Source of the DNA: Candidatus Thorarchaeota archaeon
Lineage (GTDB): Archaea > Asgardarchaeota > Thorarchaeia > Thorarchaeales > Thorarchaeaceae
Assembly (NCBI GenBank): GCA_963726195.1
Contig: CAVSBO010000016.1
Location: 32,001 to 96,000, forward strand
Direction: 5' to 3'
Length of the DNA: 64,000 bases
Part shown: positions 28,291 to 38,340 of the stretch, in pieces
Position numbering within the stretch: the first letter of the stretch is position 1
Layout of the letters: each line of letters begins with the position of its first letter
Position numbers and translations under genes: made by a program
The notes under the pieces: generated by a model
Told to the model about the DNA's origin: nothing
The model's database searches: none
The model's input: the letters and a program-made list of their open reading frames with translations, nothing else

Positions 28291-30252
28291 CTACCCCAAG
28301 TACGTCGGGCATGGCCAACTGTCGCATTTCATGCAGTGAATGCACTTTGCCTCATCTACCGATATCTTGCTCTCCTGCAGGTTGAGTGCGGCCTGTTCAC
28401 ACTGCGGCACACACGAACCACAGGCCTGACAAAAGATGGCGCGTCGGATTGCGCGCTCCAGTTGCCTAGCTACTCGCCCAACCGTTTCTTCATTCTCGCC
28501 ACGCACGATTAGAGAACCTGAACTGAAGAGCGTTATACCAGTTTCATCCACCTTTGTCCTTAGAGCACCGATATCCTCAGAGAAGTGAGTGGTGCCAAAG
28601 ATTGGCAATACCTTTGAGACCCTGGCAAGGTCAACCCCTGCCGAGAACTGGCCCTCAAGACTGAAACCTGAAGATGTGCATGGAGAGACCCCTTTTACGA
28701 TGTGGAGCTCCAAGGCCTGCGATGGCGCTTCTCTATCAGATTCAATCTTCAGTCCCATCTCGTTGATCACATTCATCTGACCGCTTGGCAGTTTCTTCCA
28801 TCGCCAGAAGCCGAGCTTAGCCCATTCCTCTGGAAAGCCGTACCTCTTGGCCCACTCCCGGAGCTTCTCGTGCCACCTTTCGTAGAGAAGAGGATGTGTT
28901 TCCGCAAGGCTCTCAAGCTCAGCCAAGGGAGTAGCAGGACAGAGATAGCAGCCCATCCTGAGAAAACCTCTGTTGTAGAGCGGATTGAATTCCGCTTTCT
29001 CTTTGAAGATGTACAACCACACTTCGAGTGCATTCCAGTTGTGAATCGGGCTTGCAGAGACCTGCCCGGGAACCCAAGGGTTTGACGCTACTCTGGGCTC
29101 GACGGATCGCTGAAAGGATTCTAGTTTTCTCTGGCCCATAAGGACCAAGGCCTTGCCGCCCAGCTCTTCAGCTATCGACTTTGCTGCTGGACCAAGCTTG
29201 AGCACTTTGCAGCACCAGCGGAAGTCACGGGCAGGAGGGCCGAAGACTTCAACTGAGTCCCAGAACTGATTGCCAGCGTTGTGCCCGATAATTCTAACAC
29301 CGCGGCCCTTGGCAAACTCCTTCACATAGGATACTGTCTCAGGCAGTTCTAAGCCAGTGTCTGTGAAGAAGACTGGAGGGCTCTTGCTCAACGCCTTTTC
29401 TGAAAGCAAATAGGTTACGAGAGAATCCTTGCCCCCGCTGAATCCCACCACTACGCCAGCGTCGTGCTCCTCAGATGTACGCCGGATAAAGCCCATAGCT
29501 TCTGCTTCTATCGAGCGCAAGTCGTCAGAATTTGCTTTCACGGCGTAGTCCCAAGTAGCGTCTATGTTGTTTACGGATGCATCCTTAGGATCGTCAACCT
29601 CTCGCACCTTGACGGCATAGCCGGTCTTGGATTCTTTGATTTCCAATCCTGTCATCCGGGCTACTCCGACGCCTATCACATGCCCCCGTAAGTCTGTGAG
29701 CCAAACCTCGTCGCCAGCGGCAATGTCTGTGTCACAGTCACCGATACCGGGAACTAGTAGGTTCGAGCCCTTCTTGAGATACTCAAGAACACCATCTTGG
29801 CAAGAGACCCATTTCCGCCTGCTCAGTGAGCTAATCCTACGCCCCCCCTCAAGCGAAAGCACGAATGTGTAGTCACACTCAGGAATATCATATCTCAAAC
29901 GCCCTATTACATAGCCGTCAACGATGATTTCGTACATGGCATCCAGAGATGATACCTTGTTCATCACGATGGTCTTGGTGGGTGGCAACAGAGTTTCGCC
30001 AACGCCCTCACCAAACTGCTTGTCGACAGCGCTCTTTGCGCGTTTGAGATGCCCGTCCATCGCTGGGTACGGATCACCGGGTGGGGATAACCCAACAGGC
30101 CTTGGCGGGTCTCCACAAACAGTGCACTGTGTATTGGCAATTCTGGGGACATTGCATTTGTCACACCAATAGAATCTGATTCTTGTCAGGTACGGTGCGT
30201 GCCCACGGCGGAACTTCCTTCCTCGATTTGGTGCTCTTGCCAGTTGAATCAA
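28291..30252 (-). CDS. PAPS-reductase-family protein with PUA and C-terminal 4Fe-4S domains
   Basis: N-terminal WCDKCNVP, PUA segment, SGGKDS, RWCC, RMGCYLCP, CQACGSCVPQC/CIHCMKC. Confidence 0.85.
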   Translation of the reverse strand: MIQLARAPNRGRKFRRGHAPYLTRIRFYWCDKCNVPRIANTQCTVCGDPPRPVGLSPPGDPYPAMDGHLKRAKSAVDKQFGEGVGETLLPPTKTIVMNKVSSLDAMYEIIVDGYVIGRLRYDIPECDYTFVLSLEGGRRISSLSRRKWVSCQDGVLEYLKKGSNLLVPGIGDCDTDIAAGDEVWLTDLRGHVIGVGVARMTGLEIKESKTGYAVKVREVDDPKDASVNNIDATWDYAVKANSDDLRSIEAEAMGFIRRTSEEHDAGVVVGFSGGKDSLVTYLLSEKALSKSPPVFFTDTGLELPETVSYVKEFAKGRGVRIIGHNAGNQFWDSVEVFGPPARDFRWCCKVLKLGPAAKSIAEELGGKALVLMGQRKLESFQRSVEPRVASNPWVPGQVSASPIHNWNALEVWLYIFKEKAEFNPLYNRGFLRMGCYLCPATPLAELESLAETHPLLYERWHEKLREWAKRYGFPEEWAKLGFWRWKKLPSGQMNVINEMGLKIESDREAPSQALELHIVKGVSPCTSSGFSLEGQFSAGVDLARVSKVLPIFGTTHFSEDIGALRTKVDETGITLFSSGSLIVRGENEETVGRVARQLERAIRRAIFCQACGSCVPQCEQAALNLQESKISVDEAKCIHCMKCDSWPCPTYLG

Positions 30253-30298
30253 TCCCCATCATGAGAGTTCTATTCATTCGTTGCTTGACTAGTTCAGT

Positions 30299-32095
30299 CT
30301 AGGCCTTGTCCAGACCAACACGTTTGAGCCGCTCCTTGGTTGGACGACCTTCTTTGTCCCAGCCCCGGAGAGAGTAGTACTTCGGCAACATTTCTTCCAA
30401 ATGTACCACCCGATTTCTTGAGCCTCCTTCGGGCAAAGGCTTGAAGAAACGCGTTGGCAACTGGTCATCTAGAGCAGTGAAACCTTCACGGTTATTGAAT
30501 AAACGCTCCAAATTCCAGATACGTTCTCCGATGTTGAGAAGGCCGGGACCGTTGATACGAAGCCCGCTGCAACTGCTCAACATTTCAGCGTAGTCATCCA
30601 CGCTCCAAGCGAAGCTTGTGAATCTGCAGAGCACCATCGAGTCCATTGCGGCAGACAGATTCTGAAATAGAATAACCAGACCGGGCTTGCCCTCCGTCCG
30701 ATCTCGATCTACGAGAACCGGTGCACCCATAATCTCAGGTCCGATTAGATATGATCTTAGGTGACAACCACCGCGATTGGAGGTTGCAGAACCAAGTGCA
30801 TGTCCCTGAACACCTCGAAGGTCATAGGCTGGCAACTCAAGACCTTTGACCTGCATAGCCAATTCGGGCGAACCATGGTTTGAGGCGAAGGCCCGAGACC
30901 CTTCACCCAACTCAGCTCCGAGTCCTCTACCGAATGCAATGTCATCGATGACTTCGAGTACTCCCTCGGTCTGACCGAACTTGAGTGAAGAATCCAGTTT
31001 GCCCTTCTGAGCTAATTCCATCGCACAGCCGATTGTGCTTCCAACAGATATTGTATCCAGACCTAGAAGATTGCAGCGGTTGTTTGCAGTGATAATCCAC
31101 TCAAGGTCGTTTATGCCACACTGGGGGCCAAGAGCCCACATGCTCTCATACTCCGGTCCTCCAACTTCCTCTCCACGAACTCGACTTATCCGCCCACAGC
31201 CAATGGGGCATCCGAAGCAGTGGTACTGGCGAACCGAGAATCGTTCTAGCAGCTTCTCTCCGGATACGCCCTCGGCGTCGTTAAAGGTACCCTCTTGGAA
31301 GTTGTATGTAGGGAGCATTCCATGCTCGTTGACCAGACTAACCAAGACCGGAGTTCCATAGATTGGTAATGATTTGTCCGTCACTTGGTTCTTCTTTATG
31401 AGTCGGCGGGCTCGCTCCACAGCACTACTCAGGGCCTGCTCATCACTGACAACAACCTTGCCTGTGCCTCGGACAACCACAGCTTTGAGATTCTTGGATC
31501 CCATGACAGCGCCGACGCCACCGCGTCCTGCAGCACGGTGTCGGTCAGTAATGATAGCGGGAAGTTTGACTTGATGCTCGCCTGCAGGGCCGATACATGC
31601 AACTTCCGCTTGCGAGTCGGTGTCCTGTAGGAGCTGACTGGTAGTCAGGCTAGTGTCCTTTCCCCAGACGCCAGAAGCATCACGTATCTCGACTCTGTCA
31701 TCGTTGACCCAGATATACGCGGGTGATTTTGAACGGCCCTCCAGCAGGATAGCGGCATATCCGGCGCGCCTCAAATGTGCGCCAAATGAACCGCCGGCAT
31801 TGGAATCAAATATCGTCCCGGTCAAGGGTGACTTCGTAATTACTGCAAAGCGGCCTGCTGTTGGCACACTCGTTGCGGTGACAGGTCCTATGGCGAACAC
31901 CAACAGATTGCTGGGTGACAATGGATCAACATGCGGTCCCAGACGATCGTACAGAATCTTGACACCTAAGCCACGACCCCCAAGAAACCCCGTGAATAGG
32001 GTAGGAGATAGAGACTCTCTTCGAATGCTTCTATCAGTGAGCGATACACGCAGTACTATTGCATCTTCATACCTTCCGGATGCTGGCTTTGACAA
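30299..32095 (-). CDS. aor: Tungsten-dependent aldehyde:ferredoxin oxidoreductase
   Basis: GGRGLG, KSPLTG, CIGPAGE, GRGGVGAVMGSKNLKA, CFGCPIGC, PEYES, GLDTIS, RGGCH. Confidence 0.93.
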   Translation of the reverse strand: MSKPASGRYEDAIVLRVSLTDRSIRRESLSPTLFTGFLGGRGLGVKILYDRLGPHVDPLSPSNLLVFAIGPVTATSVPTAGRFAVITKSPLTGTIFDSNAGGSFGAHLRRAGYAAILLEGRSKSPAYIWVNDDRVEIRDASGVWGKDTSLTTSQLLQDTDSQAEVACIGPAGEHQVKLPAIITDRHRAAGRGGVGAVMGSKNLKAVVVRGTGKVVVSDEQALSSAVERARRLIKKNQVTDKSLPIYGTPVLVSLVNEHGMLPTYNFQEGTFNDAEGVSGEKLLERFSVRQYHCFGCPIGCGRISRVRGEEVGGPEYESMWALGPQCGINDLEWIITANNRCNLLGLDTISVGSTIGCAMELAQKGKLDSSLKFGQTEGVLEVIDDIAFGRGLGAELGEGSRAFASNHGSPELAMQVKGLELPAYDLRGVQGHALGSATSNRGGCHLRSYLIGPEIMGAPVLVDRDRTEGKPGLVILFQNLSAAMDSMVLCRFTSFAWSVDDYAEMLSSCSGLRINGPGLLNIGERIWNLERLFNNREGFTALDDQLPTRFFKPLPEGGSRNRVVHLEEMLPKYYSLRGWDKEGRPTKERLKRVGLDKA

Positions 32096-32106
32096 GATTG
32101 TTCCTC

Positions 32107-32928
32107 CTAGTCATTGAAGACGTTCTGATCCCTATCAGGACAGTCGAGGCAGCGCTGCTTATACCAGAGATAGACTTCCTTGGGTTGTTTTGTCAAGTTG
32201 GCCTGTCGGCTGGGACAAGTCCAGCACGGTTTGTCATGTTGCATCCAGACATCGCTATACTGAGCCCAGCGAAAGTCTTCGACAACTGCGACACTAGAGC
32301 TGCAACCCAAACGGTCAGCTCCAGCTTCAATCATCTGAAGTGCGTCTTTGAAGCTGCGAATCCCACCAGCAGCCTTCACACCCATTTCGGGACCTACGGT
32401 CTCGCGCATCAACCGCACATCGTAGGGAGTCGCGCCCATTGGGCCGAAGCCTGTTGACGTCTTGACGAAGTGTGCTCCGGCCTCCTTTGCGAGCAAACAA
32501 GCCTTTCGTTTCTCGTCGTCGTTCAGAAAGCCAGTTTCTAGAATCACTTTGGTATGGGCATCTCCGGCGGCTTTGACTACAGCTTCCATGTCAGTCTTTA
32601 CGAGATCATAGTTCTTGTCACGGAGGGCACCAATGTTCATTACCATGTCAACTTCCTGCGCGCCTAGTCTAACCACTTCCTTAGCCTCATAGGCTTTCAC
32701 TTCAGAAAGTGTCGCGCCCAGTGGAAAACCAATTACACAGCAGACCTTGACATCAGAGTCCTTGAGCAGCTCGGCTGCATACTGAACATGGCTGGCATTG
32801 ATACAAACTGCAGCAAACTTGTAGGTGAGAGCCTCCTCACAAAGCTGCTTGATTTTCTCTCGTTTGGCCTCTGGCTTGAGCTCTGTGTGGTCAATCATGC
32901 GAGCCAGTTTCTCGACTGTGAGATCCAT
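32107..32928 (-). CDS. deoC: Deoxyribose-phosphate aldolase with Cys-rich C-terminal extension
   Basis: IDHTELKP, VIGFPLG, EVDMVMN, KVILET, FVKTSTGF, VKAAGGIR. Confidence 0.95.
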   Translation of the reverse strand: MDLTVEKLARMIDHTELKPEAKREKIKQLCEEALTYKFAAVCINASHVQYAAELLKDSDVKVCCVIGFPLGATLSEVKAYEAKEVVRLGAQEVDMVMNIGALRDKNYDLVKTDMEAVVKAAGDAHTKVILETGFLNDDEKRKACLLAKEAGAHFVKTSTGFGPMGATPYDVRLMRETVGPEMGVKAAGGIRSFKDALQMIEAGADRLGCSSSVAVVEDFRWAQYSDVWMQHDKPCWTCPSRQANLTKQPKEVYLWYKQRCLDCPDRDQNVFND

Positions 32929-32999
32929 TGGAACCGCTCCGAATGCCAGGAGCATCTTCTGAGGCTATTAACGTATTCGAAGGGAACTGCATCAGAACA

Positions 33000-33335
33000 C
33001 TATCGTGCGCTAAAGTAGCTGCGCATGTCGTCCAATACTTCCTTCTGAAGCCTGATTACATCGTGGACTTCGATCTCTTCGGCATCCTTTACATTTGAGT
33101 TAAGTTGCACTACAGTACCAACGGTTTCAACCTTGCCAAAGTCGACAGGAAACTCTACCTCTGCGCCTTTCACAATGAGCTCAGAGCGGGTCGGATTCAG
33201 TCCGATTCTTATACTCCGGACTATGCCAATTCTCCTCGCCCTGTTGTCAAGCACCTCTTTCCCCAGAAGGCGACCAGGCATGCTGAGCTCGTACAGTTCG
33301 GCTTCCACGCTGGTCAATGATTCCTTTGCGGTCAT
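33000..33335 (-). CDS. PRC-barrel domain protein
   Basis: LLGKEVLDNRARRIGIVRSI...V.F..VETVGTVVQL. Confidence 0.75.
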   Translation of the reverse strand: MTAKESLTSVEAELYELSMPGRLLGKEVLDNRARRIGIVRSIRIGLNPTRSELIVKGAEVEFPVDFGKVETVGTVVQLNSNVKDAEEIEVHDVIRLQKEVLDDMRSYFSAR

Positions 33336-33433
33336 CCTATCTGACTCCTTCAGATAGACGCAATGTAGGAGGCTTTTTACACTGTGTATTATCAGAGCTC
33401 ATAGACAAGACTTTCATACGGACGAGAAGAGGC

Positions 33434-35755
33434 ATGGCAGCAGCACCGTCATTTGTTGAGATGCCGCTGATTAGGAAGAGCATCGTTGAGTACAGAGAGT
33501 ACCAAGTTGGACTCTCAGAAGTCGCTGACACCGAAAGCACTCTGATTGTGCTGAGCACGGGTCTTGGAAAGACTGTCATCGCAGCTCTGACTGCCGCGAG
33601 ACGGCTTGCGAAGTTCCGCGAATCCAAGATACTGTTTCTTGCCCCGTCACGTCCACTTGTTGACCAACAAGCCCGGACTCTCAGGCAGATGCTCGATATT
33701 GAAGAAGATTCTGTCATCTGTTTGACAGGTCAGGATCCTCCTGAACAGCGGCGCAGGGAATGGTCTGGGGCTAGAGTTATCGTCATGACCCCTCAATCTC
33801 TTCAGAACGACCTAGTGCAGCAGAGCTATTCCCTCAATGATGTCTCCCTTCTCGTTTACGACGAGGCTCATCGCGGAGTGGGCAACTACGCTTACACTTT
33901 CATTGCAGAGCTATATGAGAAGCAGGCGCAAAATCCTCGCTCTTTGGGTCTGACAGCATCACCAGGTCATGATGCTGAACATGTCAAGAGGGTATGTGAA
34001 AACCTGAAACTCAGCCACATCGAGGTGAGAAACGAAAACAGTCCCGATGTGCGCGACTACGTTGTTGCCATAGCCACAGACATCCGATATGTCACTCTGC
34101 CTTCTGAAATCCAAGTGCTGAGAGACATGTTGATTGGATTGCTGAATGACTATACAACGCGAGTGCTGAACTATGGATATACCCTCCCGGACAGCCGACG
34201 ACTTAGCAGGAAGGAAATACTCAAGGTCCAGACTGAGGTCAGAAGGGAAATTGGAACCTATACGAAGCCTCCACCACATCTCTATCTGATAATCCGAGAC
34301 TTGACGGCAGCACTCAGAGTGGTGCACCTGATCGAGTTTGTCGGAACGCAGGGGATAGGACCGACCCAAAGATATGTCCAAGGAATGTACGAGGAGGCTC
34401 GCAACAAGAGAAGCTCCAAGGGCGTGAAGGACCTGATATCTAGGCCTGAGTTCATGCAATTCGAAAGCTTGCTGCAGGCTCTTGTAGCCAAAGGCTATCG
34501 TCATCCTAAGGCAGATGCTTTGCTTGAAATCATAGGGGAGCAGCTGTCAACAGACTTGGATTCTCGGATACTCGTATTCACGCGGTTTCGAGATACAGCA
34601 GCAGAGGTCAGCCAAGTAGTGGAGCAATTGGACGATGCCAGAGTGAGCCGCTTCGTTGGGCAGAGCTCAAAGGGTTCGGACCGTGGCTTCAGTCAGAAGA
34701 AACAGATTGAGGTTCTGGACGGTTTTCGAAATAACGAGTTCAATGTGCTTGTGGCCACTCAAGTAGGAGAAGAGGGGCTTGATATCCCCGAATGTAATCT
34801 TGTGATTTTCTACGATTGCGTCCCATCGGTTGTGCCCTACATTCAGCGCCGTGGCAGAACTGGTAGAAGATTCCCGGGTCGAGTCGTGATCTTCGTGGCC
34901 AGAGGAACGCATGACGAGTACTATCATTGGAGTGTGATTAGCAAGTTGAAGAAGATGCCATCGGCCCTCAAGGAAGCAGAGAAGGAGCCCGAGGAAAAAC
35001 AAACGAGTTTGGAGGAGTTCCACGGTGAAATGGGTCGAGCGGAAAAACCTGAAGCAGCTATGGAGGCGCAACCCGCTACTCCAGATGGAAGGGTGAAGCT
35101 CATTGTCGATTCTAGAGAGCTACCAACAGCTGTGGCTAGAGAACTTGCACGGCTTGATGTCTCCATTTCGGGCGAAAGCCTTGAGGTTGGCGACTACATA
35201 GCTTCCGAGGATGTGGCAATTGAACGGAAGGAATCTGGCGACTTCATACAGTCACTCATAGATGGACGACTATTTGTCCAACTCAGTGCTCTGCGATCTA
35301 CCTATCGCAGGCCTGTACTGATTATCGAAGGAGAACAACTAACAGGACTGAGAGCAGTCAACCCCGCTTCGATATATGGAGCACTTGCCTCAATAGCGAT
35401 ACGACTTCGAATCCCAATTCTATGGACACGCAATGCACAGGAGACGGCCAATGTTCTCTACAGGATTGCACACCTTGAACAGATAGAATCCAAGAAAACA
35501 CTGCGAACCCGCTCGCCTGAGACCAAGGGCACAGATGCAGAGACCTTGGAGTACATACTCTCGGGCTTCCCGGGTATTGATACGGTGATATCCCGTTCGA
35601 TACTCACGCAGTTCGGTACGCTCGAAAAAACATTCAAGGCAGAAGAGAATGAACTAATGAAAGTGAAAGGTGTGGGCCCGAAAACGGCAAGCAGACTGAG
35701 ACATATGCTCACATTGGAGTATCCATCATATCGAGAACAGAACGAGTCCGGATGA
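33434..35755 (+). CDS. hef: Hef (FANCM-like) SF2 helicase/ERCC4 nuclease
   Basis: EYREYQ, TGLGKT, DEAH, TASPG, QRRGRTGR, VDSRE, GDY, ERK, HhH GVGPKTA. Confidence 0.95.
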   Translation: MAAAPSFVEMPLIRKSIVEYREYQVGLSEVADTESTLIVLSTGLGKTVIAALTAARRLAKFRESKILFLAPSRPLVDQQARTLRQMLDIEEDSVICLTGQDPPEQRRREWSGARVIVMTPQSLQNDLVQQSYSLNDVSLLVYDEAHRGVGNYAYTFIAELYEKQAQNPRSLGLTASPGHDAEHVKRVCENLKLSHIEVRNENSPDVRDYVVAIATDIRYVTLPSEIQVLRDMLIGLLNDYTTRVLNYGYTLPDSRRLSRKEILKVQTEVRREIGTYTKPPPHLYLIIRDLTAALRVVHLIEFVGTQGIGPTQRYVQGMYEEARNKRSSKGVKDLISRPEFMQFESLLQALVAKGYRHPKADALLEIIGEQLSTDLDSRILVFTRFRDTAAEVSQVVEQLDDARVSRFVGQSSKGSDRGFSQKKQIEVLDGFRNNEFNVLVATQVGEEGLDIPECNLVIFYDCVPSVVPYIQRRGRTGRRFPGRVVIFVARGTHDEYYHWSVISKLKKMPSALKEAEKEPEEKQTSLEEFHGEMGRAEKPEAAMEAQPATPDGRVKLIVDSRELPTAVARELARLDVSISGESLEVGDYIASEDVAIERKESGDFIQSLIDGRLFVQLSALRSTYRRPVLIIEGEQLTGLRAVNPASIYGALASIAIRLRIPILWTRNAQETANVLYRIAHLEQIESKKTLRTRSPETKGTDAETLEYILSGFPGIDTVISRSILTQFGTLEKTFKAEENELMKVKGVGPKTASRLRHMLTLEYPSYREQNESG

Positions 35756-35761
35756 TGTGTC

Positions 35762-36442
35762 TCAGTAAACCTCGGGATTCTTTCCAGTGCCCTCGAGATA
35801 CATTTTCCGGAACATATCGCTTACAGCCCTGCTGACTTCCCAGTATTGAGCATAGTCGGCGTCTGGTAGTAGAATAACGCTCAGAAGCCTCCTGAGAGTG
35901 AGGTATTCCTCAGGATCGAGCTGAGACATCTTACTGAGGCTTTCATCAGAAGCTTCCCTGCCTCTTCGCCAAAGTGTATCCCACTCGACATACTTTTTCG
36001 TGGCCTCCCTGATTGTGCGCTCGTCCGAGACCTCAAACCCGAGCCTACGGATGAGGTCTGTGATGTTCAGCTTCGTGGGGGGCCTCGGCGCGCTCTCGCC
36101 AGTTCTGCTTGTGGCTATGAATATGTTCTCTGCCGCCGCCCGCCAGACCTTCTTCATTATGTGCGTATCCTTTTCGCCAGCAGGCTCGTACCCATCCTGT
36201 CGTATCAGTCCGCCATGCTCCAGTTCCTTCAGGTGATACCTGACCGTCTGAGGCTTAACGCACTTGTCAGGATGTTCACGTTCGAGAAACTCGATTATTT
36301 CTGACGTGGACATTCTCCTGTTCTTGAGGAGCGACAGAATCTTTCTGCGACATTCATCATTGAGTGCACGAATCGCTTCAGTTGCTTCCTCGCCGGCCAG
36401 AACCCTCAAGTGCTCCATTTTCTTCCTCCTCGAGTTCGCCAA
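35762..36442 (-). CDS. ArsR-like winged-helix transcriptional regulator
   Basis: RALNDECRRKILSLL..MST.EI...QTVRYHLKELE.GGLI. Confidence 0.75.
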   Translation of the reverse strand: MANSRRKKMEHLRVLAGEEATEAIRALNDECRRKILSLLKNRRMSTSEIIEFLEREHPDKCVKPQTVRYHLKELEHGGLIRQDGYEPAGEKDTHIMKKVWRAAAENIFIATSRTGESAPRPPTKLNITDLIRRLGFEVSDERTIREATKKYVEWDTLWRRGREASDESLSKMSQLDPEEYLTLRRLLSVILLPDADYAQYWEVSRAVSDMFRKMYLEGTGKNPEVY

Positions 36443-36534
36443 TCACTATGCAGGCGGGCTTTGTTATAGGCTCCATTACCTTGGATACTCACGCATTAGA
36501 GCCATATTCCATAGCATGAAAGAGTGCCTCTAAT

Positions 36535-36790
36535 CTATGCGGGTACGTAAATCCACTGCCGCATGTCCTGCAAGCAGGGCACTCGCTTGATCAGATTCCT
36601 CTTGAGCAGTTTCCTAAGCGCATACCTGACAGTCCTAGGGGCAAATGACACATTGTCAAGGAGCTGTTTTGGCGTGACGCCCTCTCTGCCGGTTTTTCTG
36701 AGAATGCTAAGGACAAGCATCTGACTCTTTGTTAAGCTTCATGTCCTTGATCTCTTCCGCGAGTTCCGAATCAGTCATCATTGTGAACAT
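36535..36790 (-). CDS. Small winged-helix DNA-binding protein (+1 frameshift near 36736)
   Basis: LTKSQMLVLSIL...TPKQL....FAPRTVRYALRKL...I...P.LQDMRQ; upstream frame from ATG at 36790 with AGGAG. Confidence 0.75.
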
Positions 36791-37042
36791 TCTCCTAATC
36801 GCGACCCCCTGAAGCTTACCTCAGGGGTATCTGTGATTCTTTTTTTCTATCACTTCACATGATATTCTAACCTATATTAACTTATCGCCGTCTGGGACCG
36901 CGACACTCAAGCTCAGCCTGCGCAACCCTGCTCGCGACCTATACGGACGCCAATCTTGGAGCCCTTGCTCAGGAGGCGACCCGGAAAAGGCTCCAAGTAA
37001 GATGCAAACTCTTTATCACCGTCCAGAACCCAACAATCACCT

Positions 37043-38330
37043 ATGATAGCGAAGGCAGCCCTACTGGCAGCTGGCGATTCCACACGCATGTTGCCGCTGT
37101 CTGCCAACATGCCCAAACACCTTCTCCCTGTGGCTGGGGAGCCACTGATATTCCACACTTTGAGGGGCCTCAAGTCGGCGGGAATTCGAGATACGCTCAT
37201 CGTACATGGCTACCACGGAGAGGAACTCCAGAAGGTAATTGACTCTCATGATTGGACTCCGATGCGGATTTCGTACGTTTTTCAGAAAGAGCGAAAAGGA
37301 ACGGCCCATGCGGCTGCACACGCACGTGAGTTCGCTCGCAACGATCCAATACTTCTCGCGTATGGCGACGTCATGGTTGGGCCAGACAGCTTCCCAGGCC
37401 TGTTGACGCTGTGGAACAAGGGAAAACTCGACGCGGTTCTCTCCGTGACCCCAGTCGATGATCCGTCCGCCTATGGAATCGTTGTAGTGGACCGTGACAA
37501 AGTGACTGGTCTAATCGAGAAGCCGACTCCCGAGCAGAGCACCTCCAAGCTCGTGAACTGTGGCGTCTACATCGTGGGCCCAAAAATCTGGGATGCAATC
37601 GACCGGACAGGGCTATCATCCCGAGGTGAATATGAGCTCACGGACTCTGCGATGATATTGATAAAGCAGGGTAACGTCGGAGCCTATCGTCTGCCCTCGT
37701 GGTGGCTAGATATCGGTAAGCCGTGGGACCTGCTGAGGGCCAACGAACTCGTCCTGAGTATGGCTGTAAGAAGAATCGAGGGCGAGGTTGAGGAGGGGGC
37801 GGTAATCAAGGGAAACGTCATTGTGGAAAGGGGTGCGATTATTAAGAGCGGAGCATATGTCGAGGGCCCGGCATTCATTGGGTCGGATTGCGTAGTGGGT
37901 CCCAATTGCTACATCCGTGCAAGCACGACTCTCTGTAAAGGAGTGAGAATCGGGAATGCTGTTGAAGTCAAGAATAGCATAATAATGGAGGGGACACATG
38001 TCGGGCATCTATCCTACGTCGGCGACAGTATCATGGGTCGCAAGTCGAATTTCGGCGCAGGTACAATCACTGCAAACCTGAGAACATGATGACCAGCCGG
38101 TGCGGGTCACAGTGAAGAACCAGAGACTGAGCTCAGGCCGACGCAAGATGGGAGCCATTATCGGAGACAATGTCAAGACCGGCATCGGCACGCTCCTCAG
38201 TCCCGGCGTCGTAATCCATCAGGGCGCCCGTACAGGTATCGGTGTTATTGTTGACAAGGACATTCCACCCGGGGTTCTGGTGGTTGCCGAGGAGCCCAAG
38301 AGAATCATCGATATGAATCCAGAGCGTTGA
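37043..38330 (+). CDS. Bifunctional sugar-1-phosphate nucleotidyltransferase/acetyltransferase (GlmU-like; +1 frameshift near 38084)
   Basis: LAAG..TRM.PL....PKHLLPV, EKP, hexapeptide repeats, HLSYVGDS, ANLRHD..RKMGAIIGD. Confidence 0.9.
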
Positions 38331-38340
38331 GGACTGCGGC

